A DNA stretch of 64,000 bases from Barthelona sp. PAP020 (Eukaryota): positions 1 through 64,000 of the forward strand of contig JARQWU010000022.1 of assembly GCA_040182905.1 (NCBI GenBank), given 5' to 3'. The position numbers and the translations under genes are program-made. The notes under the pieces are model-generated. The model was not told where the DNA came from, did no database searches, and saw only the letters and a program-made list of their open reading frames with translations. Positions 56,707 through 64,000 of this stretch are shown piece after piece (positions within the stretch are counted from its first letter, which is position 1; each line of letters starts with the position of its first letter).

Positions 56707-56840
56707 AAGTTTTTTTTAAAAAAAAAAAGAAATAAATGTTGGTTTTTTTTAACAATTTAAATTTGAATGTCATTCATTTATGCATACTTTAAAATATATA
56801 TATTAATATTTGTGTAATAATTGAAACAAAAAAAAGATTG

Positions 56841-58298
56841 ATGAGTCTATTAGTATGTTCCAGATGTTTTTCAACTGAGTTTAAACAAAATGTTGGCCAT
56901 GATATGAACACATTTATATATGCATGTAACAATTGTAATTATCCTTTGAACCAAATATATTTTTCTGAGATTACAAGTTTGACAAACGTTGAAATTAGAC
57001 CCCAAATATTTCAAATGAGTATGGATACTCCAAATATTGATGTTGAAAATCGTCCAGTTGGTTGTTTTTTTTTGGGTGATGCTATACCTTCTCCAAATAT
57101 TTTGAATTTAATGTATGAAGATGAATCTTGTGAACCTTTAGCTACTTTAAACGTACTTTCAGGCTTATTTGAAGTTGATGCCATGAATTTAAACAAAAAA
57201 TATACTGATTTTCCTGACACAACTTTTTTATCTTCAATTTCGCCTAATAAACAAAAAGTTGCTTTAGATTGTTGGTGTAGAATTTGTGACTTAATTTTTA
57301 GTTTGGATTTAACGGTTCATTTTGGAGAGTTAATTCTGAAAAGAATTTTTGAAAATGGAGACATATCTTCAGAGATTATAACCAACAATATGGTTGCAAC
57401 TGCTTGTATTTTAGTTGCAATTGATTGTCAAGAAACAATGAGCTTTGTGAATGGTTCATTGAATGAATATCTAACGAATTGTAGCATAAAGGATCTTGCC
57501 GATCTGGTTGAAATATTTTGTCCGTTTTTACAGGCCGAAAAGGAAACAGTTTTAACATTTTTAAAGCACACTAATATTGAGGAATCTCAAGATAATCAAT
57601 CAATGAACCTGTCTTCTTCTTCAAATCAAGACGATATTGAGCAAGAAAATTCAACAGAATTGGAAAGTAGTTTAATCAGTTCTCAACAAATTATAACTTT
57701 AACGTCCATTCAACAAGACATATTAAGATTGATTGAATCAACTTCACAAACTTTGAGTATTCCTGAACACTTTTTAAACACTATTACTTTTATTGCAAAC
57801 AAATTGAATGATGATTACAGTCATACGAGAAAAACTGCAGAAACATATGCCGCGACAGCCATATATATTGTTTGTTATTGTTCTGATTTAAGATTGGATA
57901 AAAAAAAAATCACGCAAAAGGATATTGCCAATGTTTTAAAGATAAGTGATTTAAGTTTGCGAAAAATGTTTGGGTTAATAAAAAATCGAGTTCCTGAATA
58001 TTTGCCCGAATATTATAAACCAATAAAAATGTTTAAAAACAAAAAAAATTCAAAACCTGTGAATGGAACTCCAAATTTAGACACATTAACAAATGATTAT
58101 CGTTCACCAACAGCTTATTATTTGAATTCAGACAATTCAAATATTAAATATCCCACATTCATATATTCAACACCAACAACATCTACATCACCAACAAGTC
58201 CCATTATTGTTGGTTCAATGAAAGATAAAAATAGACCAAATGTAATTATTGGTGGTAGTACAAATTACTTTCCGCAAAATCCAAATATCAATTCGTAG
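56841..58298 (+). CDS. Divergent TFIIB-family transcription initiation factor
   Basis: N-terminal Zn ribbon CSRC...CNNC. Two cyclin-like repeats (NMVATACILVA; RKTAETYAATAIYIVC...ITQKDIANVLKISDLSLRK). Confidence 0.72.
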   Translation: MSLLVCSRCFSTEFKQNVGHDMNTFIYACNNCNYPLNQIYFSEITSLTNVEIRPQIFQMSMDTPNIDVENRPVGCFFLGDAIPSPNILNLMYEDESCEPLATLNVLSGLFEVDAMNLNKKYTDFPDTTFLSSISPNKQKVALDCWCRICDLIFSLDLTVHFGELILKRIFENGDISSEIITNNMVATACILVAIDCQETMSFVNGSLNEYLTNCSIKDLADLVEIFCPFLQAEKETVLTFLKHTNIEESQDNQSMNLSSSSNQDDIEQENSTELESSLISSQQIITLTSIQQDILRLIESTSQTLSIPEHFLNTITFIANKLNDDYSHTRKTAETYAATAIYIVCYCSDLRLDKKKITQKDIANVLKISDLSLRKMFGLIKNRVPEYLPEYYKPIKMFKNKKNSKPVNGTPNLDTLTNDYRSPTAYYLNSDNSNIKYPTFIYSTPTTSTSPTSPIIVGSMKDKNRPNVIIGGSTNYFPQNPNINS

Positions 58299-58538
58299 AG
58301 CATATAAAACACAATTTTTTTTTTACGTTGCCATGTTTGATCGTTGTTTGATCTTGTTGAAAACAATTGGCTTTTTTTTTTTTTGAAGAACAACACTCTG
58401 TAGTAAGTCATTATCATTTCGTATTACTTATCTATATAAATATTTGCATTCTAATGAATATTAAAAGATTGACATATGAATTTTTGGAGGATAAATAATT
58501 TTGACACACTTTTACTGTATCTTTGAATTTTTGTGGGA

Positions 58539-60107
58539 ATGAAATCTTCAAAAATTCACCAAAATCAAGAAAGTGAATATGTTAATAGTGTTTTATCGAA
58601 ATTATTGAAGCTTCAACGAGCGAAAAGTATATTTGATGACAACGATAATATCATACAATTAAAGAATAATAATATTAATAATTTTTCAAACAAACAAAAT
58701 ATTTATTTTGATGATTCGATTTATGATACTAATGATACTTCACCAAATTTGAATGAAATGGCCACTGTTGATGGTAGTTATTTATTATCTGATGATTCAA
58801 TAATAGGTTATAATTCAGAAAAGGTAAATTTCTGTGATAAAAATGTGAAAGTACCTTCCACTTTGATCAATACCAAAGAGTATCCGAACAGGACATTTTC
58901 TGGATGTTTACCAGTTGAAGATATGATAATAACAAACAATCAGATTCCATTTATTTTGCAACATAGTGAAACTATGAAAGATACGGAGGAAAAAATTGCA
59001 TTCTTACAAACTACATTAAACAATATGTTTATTAGCAATATGAAAATGATATCACGAAATGAAGACACACTATTTATTGATAAAAAGAATGACAATTATA
59101 ATTATCATATGAACAATGGTTTGGAAGAAAAAGAAAATCAAAATCAAATTGATGAATATCATGAGTTATCAATTAAAGGCACTGATAAAAAAAATTTCTT
59201 TCAAATCGATTCATCCTCAGTTTTTGATTCAATAATTTACAAAGAAGACACAGAACCTTTAACATCTCCCGTTTCAGATTTTGAGGACTTTCAAGTTCAA
59301 ACCAATGATTTTAAGAAGAATTTATTTTGCCCTGATGAAATATCATCCAAAGCACAAAAATCCATTGATAAATATCGTTTGAGCAAGGAAAAGCGTTGCC
59401 TTGAGTTAAATGAGTCTGATATCAGTGGGATAGCTCCTTTTTGTAAATTAAAGAATGAACCTTCGGTGGAAATGTCAAATGATGGGAATAATCATGAAAG
59501 TATGGATAGTTTTTGTGATGAACCAACTATAAAATTAATTGAAGAATTTAGTAATGACAAGGAATCAATCGATTTTCTTATTAATATTCTGCAAAATCTA
59601 GTAATCATAAAAAAACCATCACAAAGAGCTTTTATAATGTCCTTTATTAAACAATTGACCAATATTGTTGATAATTGTAAAAAGAATGATGCTAAGAAAG
59701 TCATTCAGCAAAAATATAACCATGTAGATATGAATGAAAAGACTGACTGTAAATTGAACATAGATGACGTTATTATGGAAATATTTGAAGTGTTATCAAA
59801 TGATATTTTCAGTAAATATAACATTTCAACATTAAATGCATCTGAAAAGTTTCTAATACACTCGTTAATATTAAAAAACTTTGAAAAAGTGTTTCAAGGA
59901 GAACAATTGCAATTTTTTAGCAAAGAATTATCAACAGTTTTAGATAATTGGATTGGATTTCCTTTACCTATGAGAAAATCTCATTTTCTTTCATTCCTTG
60001 ATGATTTAAGGGTTTTTTTTTCAAAATATTCGTGTAGTTTTGACAAAAATATTTACTCTCTCGCTCAATCCCCCGAGTATTTTGATAAAAAACATTCAAA
60101 AAAATGA
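58539..60107 (+). CDS. Hypothetical Asn/Asp-rich protein
   Basis: Long ORF with first ATG at 58539. Low-complexity N-terminal half, helical-looking C-terminal half. Confidence 0.65.
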   Translation: MKSSKIHQNQESEYVNSVLSKLLKLQRAKSIFDDNDNIIQLKNNNINNFSNKQNIYFDDSIYDTNDTSPNLNEMATVDGSYLLSDDSIIGYNSEKVNFCDKNVKVPSTLINTKEYPNRTFSGCLPVEDMIITNNQIPFILQHSETMKDTEEKIAFLQTTLNNMFISNMKMISRNEDTLFIDKKNDNYNYHMNNGLEEKENQNQIDEYHELSIKGTDKKNFFQIDSSSVFDSIIYKEDTEPLTSPVSDFEDFQVQTNDFKKNLFCPDEISSKAQKSIDKYRLSKEKRCLELNESDISGIAPFCKLKNEPSVEMSNDGNNHESMDSFCDEPTIKLIEEFSNDKESIDFLINILQNLVIIKKPSQRAFIMSFIKQLTNIVDNCKKNDAKKVIQQKYNHVDMNEKTDCKLNIDDVIMEIFEVLSNDIFSKYNISTLNASEKFLIHSLILKNFEKVFQGEQLQFFSKELSTVLDNWIGFPLPMRKSHFLSFLDDLRVFFSKYSCSFDKNIYSLAQSPEYFDKKHSKK

Positions 60108-60539
60108 TAAAATGTGTTATGATGTGATGATTATTCTTTTACTAGATGAAAACTTCATTATTGAAATATACTTTTTATTTCCACAAAAGTTATGCTTGAT
60201 TTGAAATAATTTTGTTTTATTTTCTGATATATTATAGTCTTTGAATATAATTATGTAAAATATGGTGTAAAGAGATGGTTTACAATTTTTTTTTTCAAAA
60301 ATTAATCAAATCACCAATCTTGGGGAATAACAACTCTTATGAAATGTATTGTGCTTTTGATATCTGTTTTATTAAAAATGCCAAATGATGTCATAAAAAA
60401 TTCGTTTTTCAATGTTTTATTTCAAACAAACAAAAAGAAAGATCAAGAAAAAATGCAATATTCAAGACTATTAAATTGTATTTTGAGAAATAAATCAAAA
60501 ACAAATAAAAATTTTTTTTTATCATTCTATTCTTTAGAA

Positions 60540-62666
60540 ATGAGTGGTTTATTTGGCAATGATGACAGTATTGAAATTGATGAAGGATGGAATTTTTTAG
60601 AACCACATTCAGTTGTTGAGTGGAGTGAAAATTCAATTGTTTTTCCACCGATTTTACAATTTTCACAAAAAGGGCCTGAAGTGCAATCACAATTAGAAAA
60701 AAATCCAAACAGAGAAGATTTTTGGTTAAAATTGATAGATTTGGCCTCATTAAAAGATGGTTCTCCAATTCAAGAAATTGTTGAAAAATGTCTTTACAGA
60801 TTTCCAATGAGATCAAAAATTTTTCACAAAGTAATTACCTGTTTGTGGAGCAGATCTTTGGATGATTATGATTCGTTAAAAGAATTATTTTTGCGTTACA
60901 CTTTAATTTCACCAAACGCTGATGTTATTTTGAGGCTTATTGAATATTATATTGGAACAAAATTACAAAACAATTTGAAGGATGTTGAAGAAGAATTGCA
61001 TTTGCAAGGATTAGAAGATGAAGTTGATTCGATCAGTTTTATCGAAAGAAAGTTAAATGTTTATCAAAATTTACAAAAATTTGTGTTTTTTTTTGTGTCT
61101 ATCATAAAACATGACTATTTGAACTTTGGTGAATTTTTGACTGGACTCTTTTTGCTTTTGGACAGTTTAGAAATAGCAACTTCCAATGAGGAACTCGAAA
61201 TTGAATTTTTCAAAAGGTTTAAGATACAAATTATTCTCATGGCTGTTGAACAGCCTTTTAGAAATTTTTCTAGTGTAATTAATGAATTAAAAAGTTCAAT
61301 TTTACTAGATGAAAAGGATATGACAACTTTGCAACAATATGAAGAAAGAATGCATCAATATGGCGAAAGAATGGATGATTTTTATATTAAACTGTATTCC
61401 AGTAAGAGATATGAAGAGAGAAAGCAAAATTTTGATTTATTAATTGAATTTGAGTTGACAAATCCTGTTGAATTACGTAAAGAAGATTTTATCCGCCGAA
61501 TTAGTTTGATTTTCAGGCTGGAATTGTCTCGAAATCCAGGTGATTTTTCGCTTTGGTTTGAATTTGCCAGACAATTTTTAAATCCTAATCTGGAAACCAG
61601 TGATTCATTTGAGACACAAAAAATTTTGATTGAAGCAATTAAGATCAATCCAAAGAACATCTTACTTTATCTTTATCTCGTTGAAATATTAAAACAACGA
61701 GAAATGTACAATGAATGCAGATATGTTTTTGAGTCCCTTTTGAAATTAAATCCTGGAAACAAATATGCCAGTTGCAATTATTTAAGATTCACGTTTCAAC
61801 ATTCAAATAGCAGAGAATTATTAAAAACCTTTATGAAGTTGGTTGAAAATCACAAAACTTCAGATTTAATCTTGACATATGTTGATTTGATGAATGCTAT
61901 CAATCCAGAACAATGCAGAAATATATTATTAAGATATTTGCCTGATTATATCAATGATGAAATGTATTTAAATGCTTATTTAACCAGTCTAATGTTGTGT
62001 GAAAATGTTGAAGTTGCTAGATCTGGATTCCAAAAGGCATTACACTCAGATCCTAATGTTGATTCATCTTTTATTCGAATTAAAAACGCTTGGTTAGATT
62101 TTGAAAGAAATCGAGGTGATAGCAAGAGTAGAAGTCGTGTAGAATCGATGTTTCAGGATAAAGAATTGAGTGAATTGATCATGCTTAATAGGAGATTTGC
62201 AGTTGGTAATGATCATTTGATAGACCCCTTAAAAATCAAAGATTTACCTTCATTAAGACCAGAAACAAGAGTTGAACAGGAATGGAGAAAAGATAGAACC
62301 TTGGATAAGATCAGCCCTTTTTGGAACAAATATTACTTCCCAAATATTGATGCAAATTATACTAATTTATGGTTGAATTGTATCTTTGTTCCCAACAATG
62401 CATATAACGTGATGAAAATAAAGAATGATGATGCTACTCATGTTGTGTTACCAGAAGAACTGTTAAAATGGGTTAATACTCCCAGTTTAAAATCAAGAAA
62501 CAAAATAACTCCTGATGATATTGTGAAATTTGAGATGGAAATGTTACGTAGTTTCAATATTGGTCGAGTTCGACATTATGCTCCTGATGATCTCAAAAAA
62601 GAACCATCAGTAAAAGAAGAAACAAGAAGTTTGGATATCTTTCAACTTAAACACATGGAATCTTGA
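60540..62666 (+). CDS. CSTF3: HAT-repeat protein, cleavage stimulation factor 77 kDa / Rna14-like
   Basis: EFELTNPVEL...RRISLIF...SLWFEFA and AWLDFERNRGD..SRSRVE fit CstF-77 HAT repeats. The ATG at 60540 follows a T-tract, so the upstream ORF extension looks non-coding. Confidence 0.65.
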   Translation: MSGLFGNDDSIEIDEGWNFLEPHSVVEWSENSIVFPPILQFSQKGPEVQSQLEKNPNREDFWLKLIDLASLKDGSPIQEIVEKCLYRFPMRSKIFHKVITCLWSRSLDDYDSLKELFLRYTLISPNADVILRLIEYYIGTKLQNNLKDVEEELHLQGLEDEVDSISFIERKLNVYQNLQKFVFFFVSIIKHDYLNFGEFLTGLFLLLDSLEIATSNEELEIEFFKRFKIQIILMAVEQPFRNFSSVINELKSSILLDEKDMTTLQQYEERMHQYGERMDDFYIKLYSSKRYEERKQNFDLLIEFELTNPVELRKEDFIRRISLIFRLELSRNPGDFSLWFEFARQFLNPNLETSDSFETQKILIEAIKINPKNILLYLYLVEILKQREMYNECRYVFESLLKLNPGNKYASCNYLRFTFQHSNSRELLKTFMKLVENHKTSDLILTYVDLMNAINPEQCRNILLRYLPDYINDEMYLNAYLTSLMLCENVEVARSGFQKALHSDPNVDSSFIRIKNAWLDFERNRGDSKSRSRVESMFQDKELSELIMLNRRFAVGNDHLIDPLKIKDLPSLRPETRVEQEWRKDRTLDKISPFWNKYYFPNIDANYTNLWLNCIFVPNNAYNVMKIKNDDATHVVLPEELLKWVNTPSLKSRNKITPDDIVKFEMEMLRSFNIGRVRHYAPDDLKKEPSVKEETRSLDIFQLKHMES

Positions 62667-63079
62667 TTTTTCTTTTTCTTTTTTCATACATGAATATTTG
62701 AATACATTTATAAATGAATTAAAAATGTGTTAAAGAGGGATCTTTTCAAAATATTAAACTTTGGTTGATTGAAAATAAATTTTTACAACTTTTTTATTCA
62801 GAAGATTTTGCAAAACTTCTGCTCGGAGCAAATCATTTTATCTGATGAATTTTTTTAAAATAATGTTCTGTTACAATAACAAGGGAAATATAAAATTAAT
62901 TCAGTCAAAAGATAATAAAAAGAGAACTGGGAATAAAAAGAGAAAAAAAAAAAATTTTGATTACAATTGTACCTTCAAAATAAAAGGATTAAGTCTTTAT
63001 TGAAAATATTTCAGGTATTTCTATCAAAGAAAAAACATTCCCATTATCTAAATTTTTTTTTTCTTTGACGAAAGTTTGA

Positions 63080-64000
63080 ATGGATTACATAACCAAGGAT
63101 GAATACATCAAACAATATCCATTTGAATTAGATGAGTTTCAAAAGAAAGCAATTACACATATTCATCGGGATGAATCCGTTTTAGTCAGTGCTCATACAT
63201 CTGCAGGAAAGACTGTATGTGCTGAATATGCCATTGCAAAGGCTTTCCTTAATAATCAAAGAGTTATTTATACTTGTCCTATTAAAGCCTTATCTAATGA
63301 AAAATATAATGATTTTAACAAGAATAAATTCCCAGGAAAAGTTGGATTGATGACAGGTGACACAACAATTTCACCAAATGCGGAATGTTTAGTGATGACC
63401 ACTGAAATTTTACGTTCCATGTTATATAATGGAAGTGAAATATTACGAGAAGTGAAATGGGTTATTTTTGATGAAGTGCACTATTTATGTGATTCTGAAC
63501 GTGGTGTTGTTTGGGAAGAAACAATTATTCTATTGCCAGAACAAGTAAGATTTGTGTTTTTATCTGCTACGGTTCCAAATTCTGAAGAATTTGCGGATTG
63601 GGTTTCTTATGTACATAAGCATCCATGTTATGTATGTTATACAGATTATAGACCTGTACCATTAGAATTTTTTTTATTCCCAGAAGGTTCTGAAGAAATT
63701 ACAAAGGTTTACACACAAAAAGAAGGCTTTATGGAAGATCAATTTCAAAAAGCGCTTGCTCGATTACAATTTCGTAATGAAGACACTGAGCGCATGGTTA
63801 AACAAAAATATGGAATTCAAAATACCGATTTAGTTCGTTTAGCAGAGATGTTACATGAAAAAGATTGGTTACCTGTTTTGATTTTTTGTTTTAGCAAACG
63901 TGAGTGCAAATTGAATTTGGAATCTTTTAAAAATTTGAATTTTAATCGTATTGAAGAAGCAGGAGCTGTACAAGCTGTTTTTGAAGCTGCACAAAATACT
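63080..64000 (+). CDS. MTR4: Mtr4/Ski2-like DExH RNA helicase (5' part, runs off the right edge)
   Basis: My translation includes YPFELDEFQ, VLVSAHTSAGKT, PIKALSN, MTTEILRSMLYNGSE, IFDEVHY, RGVVWEE, FLSATVPN and YTDYRPVPL. Not in the ORF track. Confidence 0.9.
   Translation, partial: MDYITKDEYIKQYPFELDEFQKKAITHIHRDESVLVSAHTSAGKTVCAEYAIAKAFLNNQRVIYTCPIKALSNEKYNDFNKNKFPGKVGLMTGDTTISPNAECLVMTTEILRSMLYNGSEILREVKWVIFDEVHYLCDSERGVVWEETIILLPEQVRFVFLSATVPNSEEFADWVSYVHKHPCYVCYTDYRPVPLEFFLFPEGSEEITKVYTQKEGFMEDQFQKALARLQFRNEDTERMVKQKYGIQNTDLVRLAEMLHEKDWLPVLIFCFSKRECKLNLESFKNLNFNRIEEAGAVQAVFEAAQNT

Noticed and set aside
58399..58489. U2 snRNA (TGTAGTA plus Sm-like AATTTTTGGAG)
   Set aside because: The conserved flanks of the U2 branch-recognition region (GATCAAG before, TCTGTTCT after) and the expected stems are missing.
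60124..60227. C/D-box snoRNA (GTGATGA ... CTGA)
   Set aside because: No convincing terminal stem, and the would-be guide is low-complexity T-rich sequence.
63015..63074. GTATTT...AG intron adding an upstream coding exon to Mtr4
   Set aside because: No CTAAY branch site near the AG, and an in-frame TGA lies immediately before the ATG at 63080.
2329..63079. Universal spliced-leader trans-splicing at the upstream T-tracts
   Set aside because: Several genes (2352, 12778, 24155, 30005, 53753) have no AG between the tract and the ATG, so it cannot be a general acceptor.
1..64000. Alternative genetic code (TAA/TAG = Gln or TGA = Trp)
   Set aside because: Conserved proteins end at the expected place with all three stops (CFAP43 TAA, LKB1-like CaaX then TAG, Rab11 CxC then TGA), and conserved Trp residues use TGG.
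1..64000. Prokaryotic systems, CRISPR arrays, transposons, rRNA or tRNA
   Set aside because: Gene content and introns are eukaryotic. I saw no spaced direct repeats, transposase or RT motifs, or cloverleaf/rRNA sequence by eye.

Overview
This is eukaryotic, not prokaryotic, DNA: a very AT-rich, gene-dense, intron-poor nuclear segment from a flagellated protist that uses the standard genetic code. A metamonad-like lineage is plausible but is only an inference. About 30 protein-coding genes are packed with spacers as short as 43-60 bp. Recognisable products: SRP54 (first exon only, at the left edge, missed by the ORF track), WASHC3/CCDC53, CFAP47, NAT10/Kre33, a Fun30/SMARCAD1-type SNF2 ATPase, PRMT1, an ALG3-like mannosyltransferase with a large extra N-terminal domain, Rab11, dynein-2 light intermediate chain, CFAP43, katanin p80, a deoxynucleoside kinase, an LKB1-like kinase, a Vps45-like SM protein, an MBL-fold hydrolase, a divergent TFIIB-family factor, CstF-77 and Mtr4 (partial, at the right edge, also missed by the ORF track). 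There are also a Cys-rich surface protein and several orphans. The most distinctive signal is the gene-expression grammar. Three complete short spliceosomal introns (40-70 nt) and one partial intron all start GTATT with no +5 G and are all phase 1; the three complete ones have a CTAAY branch site 8-10 nt before the AG. An (AA)T-tract precedes most ATGs and is mirrored in tiny bidirectional spacers. A TGTAAAT motif recurs at 3' ends. I found no rRNA, tRNA, CRISPR array or mobile element that I can support. Family calls come from recalled motifs, not database searches.
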